In this document: positions 12,881 to 23,812 of the stretch, piece by piece | Layout: each line of letters starts with the position of its first letter | Position numbering within the stretch: the first letter of the stretch is position 1 | Source: Eledone cirrhosa | Lineage: Eukaryota | Direction: 5' to 3' | Assembly: GCA_964016885.1 (NCBI GenBank) | Contig: OZ024740.1 | Span: forward strand, 102,238,001-102,302,000 | DNA: 64,000 nucleotides | Program-made: the position numbers and the translations under genes | The notes under the pieces: model-generated | Database searches by the model: none | The model's input: only the letters and a program-made list of their open reading frames with translations | What the model was told of the DNA's origin: nothing

Positions 12881-13477
12881 GTTTGGAAATAGTAACACAA
12901 ACATAATATATCAATTAATAGACCCTTGAATCAAAATAAAATTTCCCTCTCATATACATTATTAATACGTATTTGCTATGCAGATCCAGTATATAGACAC
13001 ACTCCAACTATACTTTCTCTTTGTTTGAGGATTAAGTATCAAGTTAAAATTCCAATCCGAAATTTGCCAAACATTTGTTGATCTAATTGGAAGCTGTTAT
13101 ATCATATTTAGAAAAGGAAAATAACTGCTGAAGCCACAAATACTCAAATACATAGCATTAGCCTCAATTTCCTAAATCTTTAAATGAATGATTAAAATAT
13201 TGCTATTAAGACTTTCTCTGTTACTGTTAAACATATGTAAACACAACAGTAACTTTGTTACACTGTCTTTTTGTAGCCTACATTTATATAATGTTTACAT
13301 TGACCTGCAGATGTTCAGACTAGACATCATAGTCTGAAAAGGGAATAACCTACAAAGGTCATCAGCCCTACTCCATTTCTCATTTTACACACACATATAC
13401 ATTTATATATATGTGTGTGTGTGTGTGTACACATATATGTATATATAAATACACACACACGCACACGCACACACATA

Positions 13478-13650
13478 TCATCGTCATCATCATCATTTTA
13501 CGTCCGCTTTTTCCCTGCTTGCAAGGGTGGGACGGGAACTGATTCTGGCTTGATTTCTACAGCTGGATGCCATTCCTAACATCAACCTCATTTACAGTGA
13601 GTGCTGGGTGCTTTTTTGCCGTGGCACCTGCACAACCACTTTGCAGTGGA
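13478..13650 (-). mobile_element. RTE 3'UTR remnant
   Basis: (GAT)n tail, CCCTTGCAAGCAGGG terminal hairpin, homology to 23520-23600. Confidence 0.8.
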
Positions 13651-13799
13651 ATGATATGGACCCCAGTCCCTATCATCTCATTTCTACAGCTGAGTAAATA
13701 TATATATATATATATATATATAAAACAGTTTAGTCAAAAGAGGAAAGTCAATTCTGTGTCCCTTTTTTTTTTTGTTTCTCTTGTGAGGTTTGGAGAAAG

Positions 13800-14200
13800 C
13801 CAAGGAGAGTGAGATTGATGTTTAAACTATTGCAAGTTTATGTCTACAGCAAAGACATGAGCAGGGAGGGAAATTTTGATGGACAATGTTCTGGATAAGA
13901 CAGACTAGGTGCTTAGTCCAGATTTTAGAGGGGCTAGGGCTGTACACAACATAGGTGATGAGAGATGGACAAAGAATAATTATGAGTATTTGAGTAAATG
14001 TACCATGAGACCAGAAGAGACCATTGTAGTAGCATCGAAAAAGACAGAGGAGACAGTAAATCTTTGAGTAATTTCTTGTCAGACAAGGTGAGATGAAAAA
14101 GATGCAGTTGTTGATATCCTTAGACTAGAAATTTGACTCAATTGCTTGCAATAAAATGGATTCTGCTGAATGCATCCAAGATTCAGATGGCAGTGTTAAA
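13800..14200 (-). mobile_element. Highly degraded CR1/L2-group LINE 3' fragment
   Basis: Minus-strand remnants LDAFS.., RCYYNGL and C-terminal LPAHVF..NLQ.FK resemble CR1/L2 ORF2 ends. Confidence 0.4.
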
Positions 14201-15309
14201 ATGGACAAGAATTTACATTCTATTACCCTGACTAACTTAATTCTAAAATGTTCAGTAACAGTTAGCTATGGTACACAAAAGGTTTACGAATTTTATAATA
14301 AAAGATTTTCTCATTTATTCACTTGAAACTTTGAAAACTACTAATATACTATATAAAATGTTAGTCTGTCTATCACACTGTTTATGTTTTTGGCCCCAAT
14401 TATAAAGAAGTAAACTAAATCAACTGCACTACTTCGCTGATGACAAAATGCAGAGCCTACAACAAGATACGTACCTGGCAATTCCCTGGAAGAAGAGCGC
14501 TATATCTTATCTATTCTGTTATTCCAAAGACTTAACAGTATCTCAGTAATCAGATTATATAGCACTAATCGCTGCTTGTTCACTATATATGCTAGATTTT
14601 TAAACCAAGTTCATTGGCTGCTTTTTACAGAAAGAGAAACCATTTCATATGATTTTCTTATAAAGATTAAATAGAATAAAAATATCCCTAAACAAGATTT
14701 TTTTTAAATCATGAAATATATTTGTATACAACATCAAAATAACCAAGCATGAATATATTAGTAATAAACTAGATTTTGAATAGCCACAAAAATCCTAATT
14801 TACTCTTGTATTGATTTGTGCCATTCAGCTGTGATGATGCTCCTTAGATCAGTGCATGTAGACACATATAATGAGACATTATTTTTAAAAAAAGACTATT
14901 TTGAAAATAGTTTTAGAGAGAGGAGTCTTTGGGAGGGGTATGTAAACAATAGAGTAAAATGAAGAAGTTTATCATGGAGCCCACAAAAATGACCCTTGCT
15001 TCAGCAAGCAGAATAGCTTTAAGTGGAAGGGGATAAAATCATTTAAAAAAACAGAAAAAAAACAGGCAACCTTCTTACTGGAAAATAATCACTAGAAAAG
15101 GAATCCTTAGTGAAAACTGTTGTTCTTCAAAATTATTCATTCTTTCCATTAGCAAGTAATCATAGGCACAGACTTGTGTGGTTGTGTGGTAAATGATTTC
15201 AATTTGCAACCACATAGTTTTGGACTCAGCTCCAATGCATGGCACCTCTGGCTTGACCAAAGACGGGAGGGAAATTTGGTACTTGGAAATTATATAGAAA
15301 CCTGTCATA

Positions 15310-15343
<34 letters not shown>

Positions 15344-16296
15344 GGAGAAAGTATGATCCCGATGGCAGAGCTCAACCCATTTCGACGGCTATTTCTGAAC
15401 TAAAGTAGGAGTTTTTTTAGTCTGGTAAATAAATAGCCAAACTTTTCAAGAGGTACTTCCTTATATGGGAAGATTGTAGTTGTCAAGAAGATTGGTCAAA
15501 ATTTGTAGCAGACACAGAAAAGTCTATCATGGCAGTGGGTGCGGCTGAACTTGCCTGTAGAACAATAAGGCAGTGGGTAGAGCTGGTCAAGCATTGAAGG
15601 TGAAATCTAAGGAATGTGTATGAAAGTAAGCCAGAGGAGGTAGGCGAAAAAAGGTTTCTTTAGAAAAAAGGAGGAGGGACGTTATAGAATTGGTAAATCA
15701 AATGGGATTAGGGGACAATGAAAAAATATAATAAAAAAAATATAATAAAAAATGAGAGAAAGATATATCAGAATGTAAGATTGGAAAGTGAGAAGTGAAA
15801 TAAAACAGAAACTAAGGAGTCTAACACAGCTGCTACATTTAGTTGGTTCTGCTTTTTCGGCCAATGCTATAAAATGAGTTGCTAGATGAGAATTATTGAA
15901 AATTTAGAATTGGGTATTAAAAATTAATACCACATCTCTGGGGTCTAACACAGCTGCTATGAATAGTTAGTATAGTAATCGGTCAATGCTATCTATAAGT
16001 TACTGGGGTGGGGGTACTGAGGCTAAAGAGGCCCGATGGGCTGCCTCAGGGTAGGCGAAAGGGGAAAAACAAAGAAACGAACGAGGAAGAAGATCGGTGG
16101 TGGAAAGAAGTGATAGGAGGAGACAAAGGGAAGAGGAAAACATAGAGGAAAAGAAAAGAGGTACATCTACCTATATAAGTTGGGGCTTTCCCTATCTTAT
16201 TCGGCAAGTGGGGTGTTTCAGCCCTTGTCTACCCACCCGGATCATTAGGGGGTTTGAGGGTGAGGTAAGTCTTCCGCAATCTGTGTTTGCATGCAG

Positions 16297-17055
16297 TTAC
16301 CAGTCGTCTTTTTTGTTTAGGAGTTGATCCTTCGTAAACAGCATTTGTAATGTTTCCCCCGAGCATAAGTTACACAAACGGCATCCTCCCGTGTAAGAGT
16401 TAGCTCTGGACAGTAAGCTCCAAGTAAGATGGTAAGTTATATTATTATCTTGGAGGTCCCAGATTTGGCCCGAAAGTGTGGTGGCATGTCGCCGGACCGG
16501 GTTTCGGAAAGTATGTCGGTGTTGATGGAGCCGGGTCTTAAAGTCACAAGCAGTTAATCCTATATAAGCTTTGTTGGAGGTGTCCATCCTCATGTTACAC
16601 TGGTAGATCACGTTACATTCTCGGCATCTGTTGTTGAGGGGGCACGTAGATCTATTAGGGCAGTTACACCTCCTGGTCAGCTCTCCACTAATTTCTAGGT
16701 TGTTTCTTCCATAGGGGTTAAGTTTTTTGTTGTTTGAGGAGTCGATGTTTTGTGCGAAGTTAGGTGTGGTGCTGTAGGATAGCTTGATAGTGTTTTTGTT
16801 GATTATGTTGTGGTTGCGGTGTTGTGGTGGAAAGTGTTTTTTGAGGAGCCTAAAGAAGATTTTCCCGATAGGTGTTGCCACCTCAGCATTGTGGGGAGGA
16901 TTGAACCATGCTACGTGGCATGAGCGGCGTCGTCGCCTGCTGGTTCCGCCAAGGGAAGCTGGATAAAAGGATATTTTCTTCCGGAAGCCACTCCGCTTGA
17001 GAGCCTGGTTGTAATGAGGTGCATGTTCGTTGAATATCTGCTCATTAGCGGACAA
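16297..17055 (-). pseudogene. PLE linker + GIY-YIG endonuclease
   Basis: WFNPP, IKLSYS, VIY/YIG motifs and Cys cluster. Confidence 0.9.
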
Positions 17056-17208
17056 ATGAAATATGCAGAGGGAGATGTTTTTAACCAGAATATTGATGTT
17101 TCTAGGATGGTTAGAACGGCAGTGGATGTAGTGCAGGTTGTCGTTTGGTTTCCTGTATGGGTAGTACAGATCATTTTCTAGGTTGAGGGTAACTTCCAGG
17201 AAATTTAC

Positions 17209-18021
17209 TCAGGTTAGGGACGTTTGTAGGGTGATTTTAAATCCCCAGTCCCGGAAAAAGTTGATAAGTTGTTTACGGACTCGGTCTGTATTAGTGGGGT
17301 TGTACCCTTTGAGGGTAAGGAGCCCATCATCTCGGTACAATCCACCGCTGAATGCGGGAAACATTTCGGTGAGTTTAAATAGTAGCAATAATCCTGTAAA
17401 ATCGGTGACCTCAGCCGAATCGGTCGCACCCATGCTGACGTCGAAAGGGGAGTCGGGAGCTCTCTTTATCCACTTGGAGTTGTCGAAAAGTAGGACTGTT
17501 TTCCTGGTGTGGAAAATGAAATTTCTTTCCTGGTCGGTGATGGGCGCGAGTGTTTCAGCAAAGTCCAAGGCGGCCGTAAGGAGTGGTAAGGTAATAGATG
17601 CATAGTAACTCTCTATGTCAAACTGGATGAATTTTGTGTCCCGTTTGTCCTCAATATTCCTGAACCATGAGATTACTTCCTGGGTGCTAACCCATAGGCT
17701 AAGTCTCGCATTTTGCTTAACTTTTGGTATAACGCGGTCTAGGATATTTTCGCTGATTCTCCCACTGTCCGACTTCGTCGAGTTTATAAGCCTGATGGAT
17801 GGTTTGCGGTCGAAGTCGGATTTGTGGTCCTTCAGTGTGAAGTAGGGAGTCCATGGGTCGAGGGGTTCAGTGCGGTCTGCAACCCCGAGGCTAGAGGTAA
17901 TTTGTTGTCCCTCTAGATTTATGACCTCCATAATTGAGTGGTTAGCCTTATTATAGGTGGAGTTTAGGCTGCTCGTGATCAGTGTGTAGTATCTGTCCGG
18001 GTTGACGAAATAGAGGTTTCC
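17209..18021 (-). pseudogene. PLE reverse transcriptase domain
   Basis: ORF 17209-18081 (its N-terminus is microsatellite); premature stop followed by in-frame VNFLEVTLNL. Confidence 0.9.
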
Positions 18022-18113
18022 GTGTGTGTGTGTATGTGTATGTGTATGTATATATACGTGTATGTATGTATATATATACATGTGTGTGTGTATGTGTATG
18101 TATATATACGTGT

Positions 18114-19443
18114 ATCATCATCATCATCATCATCTTTTGACGTCCATATTCCACGCTTGCATGGGTTTGGACGGGAGTTTTCCCACTTGAGGCAAGAGTG
18201 GTTGTCTTGCTCGCATAGGACTGTCTGGCGGGTTTTCTACGGCTGGATGCCCTTCCTAACACCAACCACATTTACAGTGTGGAACTGGGAGGTTTTTACC
18301 GTGTTTCCTACACGGCCACATTACAGCGTGAACTGTGTGTTTTTTTTTGTCGTGACACCTACACGATCTCATTTGTTTCGGCCTGGATGTTGTGGTACCA
18401 ACATAACTTTACATTGGAAGGGGCGGTGTGGATGCGGTGGGGGTAGTGGGACGGGGGTATATTTTGTTAGAGGTGCCTACTGACTGTAGTAGGTTTTACT
18501 TTGTATTTAGGTCAGGCGGGTCTTCTCTATTACTGTGTACCGCCAAAGATCTCGGTCCAGTGACATTGTCTTGGAGAGGTGTAAGTGTGTGAGGTCGGAA
18601 TTTATCAAGTCGTCCCAGGTTTTTCTGGGTCTGCCTACTCCGTGGCTACCGTCTATTTTTATTGCCCTGCACTTTTTTATACAGCTGTCGTCTTTCATGC
18701 ACATCACGTGACCATACCAACGTAGCCTTCTCTCAAGTAAACATCTGATCCCTCTTATTTCTAATTTTTCCCTTAGTTCGTTAATGCTTTGCCGTTCACG
18801 TATATTACTATTACACATCCAGCGGAGCATGCAAGCTTCGTTCCTCTCTAGTCTGCGTATATCCTCTGCACACAATGCCCAGGTCTCACTGCCATACAAC
18901 ATTGCTGTTCGTATGCAGGCATCATACAACCTGCCTTTCATTTTTAGGGAGAACCCTTTAGCAGCTAATAGTGGTATAAGCTCTCTGAACTTTTTCCATC
19001 CAATTCTGACTCTAGCTACTGTACTTTCAGAGCACCCTCCCCCACTGCTGATTTTGTCACCCAGGTAACGGAAGCTGTCCACTATTTTTATAGAACCCTC
19101 TGTGCAATTGAAAGAGCTAGTATTCTGTGGGCACTTGCTGCTACTTATTGCACCAGAGCACCGGCCACATGTAAAATCTATGTTCTTAGTTAGCTTGCCT
19201 GTGATCCCACTACATCTTTTATGCACCCATATTTTGCATTTGGGACATAAAATGGAGTTTCTACCTACTCCTTTCCTACACACTTAGCATGGCCATTTCC
19301 CGGATGGGACTGGCGCCCTATTTTCGTTCCTACAAACTAGAACTTTAGTCTTAGACAGGTTAATTTTAAGGCCTTTTGATTCTAGGCCGTGCTTCCATGT
19401 TTGGAATTTCTTCTCTAGTTCGGCCATTGATTCAGCTATGAGC
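18114..19443 (-). mobile_element. 5'-truncated RTE LINE
   Basis: ORF 18507-19283 with zinc finger, FRYLG, GSETW, LRWYGH; (GAT)n tail; near-identical to 35442-36706. Confidence 0.95.
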
Positions 19444-19468
19444 GTTTCAGCATATTCAGCTATGAGTG

Positions 19469-19509
<41 letters not shown>

Positions 19510-19522
19510 GTGCGTGTGTGCG

Positions 19523-19563
<41 letters not shown>

Positions 19564-19607
19564 GTGTGTGTGTGTATGTGTATATATGTATAAATATATA
19601 TATGTAA

Positions 19608-19768
19608 ACATGGTTAGTGTTAGGAAAGGCATCCAGCCGTAGAAAACCTGCCAGACAGTCCTATACGAGTGAGACATGGTCACCCGACCAATCTTGCCTC
19701 AAGTCAGACAATTCCTGTCTAAACTCATGCTAGCATGGAAGATAGACATTAAACGATGATGATGATGA
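19608..19768 (+). mobile_element. RTE 3'UTR fragment, tail-to-tail with the next copy
   Basis: 3'UTR motif and (GAT)n directly abutting the (CAT)n of the minus-strand copy. Confidence 0.85.
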
Positions 19769-19769
19769 T

Positions 19770-21388
19770 CATCATCATCATCATCAAAAACATCAGTTTT
19801 ACGTCCATTTTTCCACTCTAGCATGGGTTAGATGGGTTGTCTTGTTGTGAGCAGTAGCCTGTCGGCTGACCATGCCTTGCTCATACAGGAACTGATTCTG
19901 GCTTGATTTCTACAGCTGGATGCCCTTCCTAACACCAACCTCATTTACAGTGAGTGCTGGGTGCTTTTTTTCCGTGGCGCCTACACATCCACTTTACAGT
20001 GTGGGCTGGGTGCTTTTTTGTGTGGGGCATATTGTCTATATGCTTCAGCTTCAGCTTGTACCCATGGGGGGTCGGTTCTTCTGTATTACTGCATGACGCC
20101 AGAGGTCACGGTCGTGTTTCATCACCTTTGAGCAGTGTAATTGGGTAAGGTCGGCTTTTATCACCTCATCCCAGGTCTTCTTGGGTCTCCCCACTCCGCG
20201 GTTTCCATCAACTTCTGATGCTCTAGACTTTTTTATGCAGCTGTCATCCTTCATACACATCACATGTCCATACCAATGCAACCGCCTCTCCTGAACACAG
20301 CATTTGATTCCTCTTATGCTCAGTCTCTCTCTCAATTCGTTTATGTTTTGGCCGTTTGCGTATATTACTATTACACATCCATCAGAGCATGCAGGATTCG
20401 TTTTTTTCTAATCTATGCAAGTCTTCCACAGACAGCGCCCAGGTCTCACTACCATGTAACATTGCTGTTTGTATACACATCATACAGTCTGCCTTTCATT
20501 TTGAGGGAAAAGCCTTTTGCAGCTAGCAGTGGCAGTAGCTCCCTGAACTTCTTCCATCCCGTTCCTACCCTAGTTATTGTACTTTACAAACACCCACCTC
20601 TACTGCTAATTCGGTCACCTAGGTAGCAGAAGCTGTCTACTGTTTCTACAGAGCCCTCCCAGAGATTGGTCGTACTTGTTTCCTGTGGCTGTTTGCTGCT
20701 TGCTGTCCCAGCACAGCTGCTACATGTGAAGCCTACATTCTTAGTTAAGCTTCCTGAGATCCCACTACATCTCTTGTGTACCCATTGTTTGCATTTGGGG
20801 CAGAGAATGGAGTTCCTACCTACACTTTTCCTACATACTGAGCAAGGCCATTTCCCTGAAGGGATCTGGGTTCTGTTTTCTTCGTCTACTTACAAGGACC
20901 CTGGTCTTTGTCAGATTGACTTTGAGACCCTTTCTTTCTAGTCCCTGCTTCCAAGTTTGGAATTTCTTCTCTAGTTCCACCATAGATTCAGCTATAAGTG
21001 TGAGATCATTTGCATACAGGAGTTCCCATGGGCATCCGGTCTTAAACTCCTCCGTTATTGCCTGCAAAACTATGATGAACAGGAGAGGGCTAAGGACAGA
21101 GCCCTGGTGGACACCGACCTGTATGCTAAATTCCTTGCTATAGTCATTGCTAATCCTAACATTGCTGACTGCTCCTCTATACATGGGTTGTACAGCTTTC
21201 ACAAGCCATTCATCTATCCTAGTTTTCTAAGAGCCCACCAGATTATAGCACGGGGAACTCTGTCAAAGGCTTTCTCGAGATCGACGAATGCCAGGTAGAG
21301 CAGCTTACTTTTAGCTAGGTACATTTCCTGTAACTGCCTCACAAGGAAGAGGGCATCAGTGGTGCCTCTTCCTGGCACAAACCCAAAT
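19770..21388 (-). mobile_element. 5'-truncated RTE LINE, frameshifted
   Basis: FGFVPGRGTTDA, DLEKAFD, QGSVLSP, YAND (catalytic YADD mutated); homologous to 22085-23728. Confidence 0.95.
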
Positions 21389-21420
21389 GATGATGGTGTA
21401 TGTATATATATATATATATA

Positions 21421-21476
21421 CCCTTGCAAGCAGGGAAAAGCGGACGTAAAATGATGATGATGATGATGATGATGAT
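21421..21476 (+). mobile_element. Minimal RTE 3' terminus
   Basis: CCCTTGCAAGCAGGGAAAAGCGGACGTAAAA(TGA)n embedded in (TA)n. Confidence 0.8.
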
Positions 21477-21500
21477 ATATATATATATATATTTATATAT

Positions 21501-23728
21501 GATAGAAAATTCAAGCATGTTTTACAACGTGAGGACCAGAAACAGGAGGTATTCAAGATTGCGAGGCAGTGTGTCAGAGATAGTTGTGATGTCATTGGAG
21601 AGAAGTGTATCCGGAATGATAAAGGTGAGCTTGCCCTCACAAGTGCTGAGAAGAAAGATGCATGGAAGAGTCATTATGATAGATTACTAAATGAGGAGAA
21701 TGCATGGGAAGAAGAGACCCTACCCCACGTAGACCCTATAGAGGGACCAGCAGTACAAGTCAGCGGCAGCGTAGTAAGTAAGGCAATCAGAGATATGAAG
21801 ATAGGGAAGGCAACCGGTCCATCGGGTATAGCTGCCGAGATGCTGAAGGCATCTGGGTCTGTAGGTCACACTATAACCACACGTATCGTTAACCAGGTAA
21901 TACTAGAGGGGGCCATACCAAAAGATTGGTGCAGTAGCATCATTGTCAACTGCTACAAAGGTAAAGGCGATGCACTAGATAGAGGAAACTATAGAGGTAT
22001 AAAGTTGATGGACCAGGTCATGAAAGTAACAGAAAGAGTTATAGCACAGCTGATTAGGGACCGGGTGAATATAGACGAGATGCAATTTGGGTTTGTTCCA
22101 GGGAAAGGCACCACTGATGCGCTCTTCCTTGTGAGGCAATTACAGGAAAAGTACCTAGCTAAAAGTAAGCCACTCTACTTGGCATTTGTCGACCTTGAGA
22201 AAGCCTTTGACAGAGTTCCACGTGCAGTAATCTGGTGGGCTCTTAGAAAACTAGGAGTAGATGAATGGCTTGTGAAAGCGGTACAAGCCATGTATAGGGG
22301 AGCAGTCAGCAAAGTTAGGATTGGCAATGAGTATAGCGAGGAATTTAGCGTACAGGTTGGGGTCCACCAGGGCTCTGTTCTTAGCCCTCTCCTGTTCATC
22401 ATAGTCCTGCAGGCAATAACGGAGGAGTTTAAGACCGGATGCCCATGGGAACTCCTGTATGCTGATGACCTCGCACTCATAGCTGAATCTATGGTAGAAC
22501 TAGAGAATAAATTCCAAACCTGGAAGCAGGGACTAGAGAGAAAGGGCCTCAAAGTCAACATGACAAAGACTAAGGTCCTTATAAGTAGACGAGAAAACAG
22601 AACCCAGATCCCCTCAGGGAAATGGCCTTGCTCAGTATGTAGGAAAGGTGTAGGTAGGAACTCCATTCTTTGCCCCAAATGCAAACAATGGGTACACAAG
22701 AGATGTAGCGGGATCTCAGGAAGCTTAATTAAGAATGTAGGATTCACATGCAGCAGCTGTGCTGAAACAGCAAGCAAACAGCCACAGGAAACAAGTACCA
22801 CCAATCTCTGGGAGGGCCCTGTAGAAACAGTAGACAGCTTCTGCTACCTAGGTGACCGAATTAGCAACGGAGGTGGGTGCTCAGAAAGTACAATAACTAG
22901 GGTAAGAACGGGATGGAAGAAGTTTAGGGAACTACTACCACTGCTAGCTGCAAAAGGCTTCTCCCTCAGAATGAAAGGCAGACTGTATGATGCGTGTATC
23001 CGAACAGCGATGTTGCATGGTAGTGAGACCTGGGCGCTGAAGGTGGAAGACTTACGTAGATTAGAGAGAAACGAAGCCTGCATGCTCCGATGGATGTGTA
23101 ACAGTAATATACGTGAACGACAAAGCATAAATGAATTGAGAGAGAGACTGAGCATAAGAGGAATCAAATGCTGCGTGCAGGAGAGGCGGTTACGCTGGTA
23201 TGGACATGTGATGCGTATGAAGGATGACAGCTGCATAAAAAGGTGCAGAGCACTAGAAGTTGATGGAAACCGCGGAGTGGGGAGACCCAAGATGACTTGG
23301 GATGAGGTGATAAAAGCCGACCTTACCCAACTACACCTCTCAAAGTCAATGACACACGACCGTGACTTCTGGCGTCACGCAGTAATACAGGGTACCCGAC
23401 CTCCCATGGGTACATGCTGAAGCATATAAACAATATGCCCCCCCCCCCCCCACCGCAAGGTGGTCGTGGAGGTGCCACGGCAAAAAAGCACCCAGCCCAC
23501 ACTGTAAAGTGGACGTGTAGGCGCCACGAAAAAGCACCCAGCACTCACTGTAAATGAGGTTGGTGTTAGGAAGGGCATCCAGCTGTAGAAATCAAGCCAG
23601 ATCAGTTCCTGTATGAGCAAGGCATGGTCAGCCGACCAGACACTGCCCACAACAGGACAACCCGTCTAACCCATGCTAGCGTGGAAGAACGGACGTAAAA
23701 CGGTGATGATGATGATGATGATGATGAT
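21501..23728 (+). mobile_element. Young 5'-truncated RTE LINE
   Basis: Uninterrupted reading frame 21501-23420, 3'UTR, (GAT)n tail, (TA)n on both sides. Confidence 0.97.
21795..23420 (+). CDS. Non-LTR (RTE clade) reverse transcriptase with inserted PHD-type zinc finger
   Basis: KATGPSGI, NYRGIKL, QFGF, DLEKAFD, GVHQGSVLSP, YADD, YLG, GSETW, LRWYGH, GRP motifs; C4HC3 at 22629-22760. Confidence 0.95.
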   Translation: MKIGKATGPSGIAAEMLKASGSVGHTITTRIVNQVILEGAIPKDWCSSIIVNCYKGKGDALDRGNYRGIKLMDQVMKVTERVIAQLIRDRVNIDEMQFGFVPGKGTTDALFLVRQLQEKYLAKSKPLYLAFVDLEKAFDRVPRAVIWWALRKLGVDEWLVKAVQAMYRGAVSKVRIGNEYSEEFSVQVGVHQGSVLSPLLFIIVLQAITEEFKTGCPWELLYADDLALIAESMVELENKFQTWKQGLERKGLKVNMTKTKVLISRRENRTQIPSGKWPCSVCRKGVGRNSILCPKCKQWVHKRCSGISGSLIKNVGFTCSSCAETASKQPQETSTTNLWEGPVETVDSFCYLGDRISNGGGCSESTITRVRTGWKKFRELLPLLAAKGFSLRMKGRLYDACIRTAMLHGSETWALKVEDLRRLERNEACMLRWMCNSNIRERQSINELRERLSIRGIKCCVQERRLRWYGHVMRMKDDSCIKRCRALEVDGNRGVGRPKMTWDEVIKADLTQLHLSKSMTHDRDFWRHAVIQGTRPPMGTC

Positions 23729-23749
23729 ATGCATATATGTGTGTGTGTA

Positions 23750-23812
<63 letters not shown>

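Larger units (their letters stand above)
15343..18021 (-). mobile_element. Penelope-like retroelement (5'-truncated; RT + GIY-YIG + long 3'UTR)
   Basis: RT motifs TLKDHK, RLIN, FDIESYY, MG..DSAE, YRDDGL; GIY-YIG region CNC..CPL..C..VIYQC..YIGLT..FKTR..H..CNLC..E..LLNKK; flanked by microsatellites. Confidence 0.92.

Noticed and set aside
15343-15595. Possible third permuted hammerhead in the PLE 3'UTR (GUC-GAAA-UGGGU-UGAGCU pairing with GAC..AGCUC-ACCCA)
   Set aside because: No CUGANGA and no U at position 16.1; it is structured, but cannot be called a hammerhead.
22175-23290. Antisense ORFs over RTE copies
   Set aside because: Shadow frames of the RT ORF with no independent motifs.
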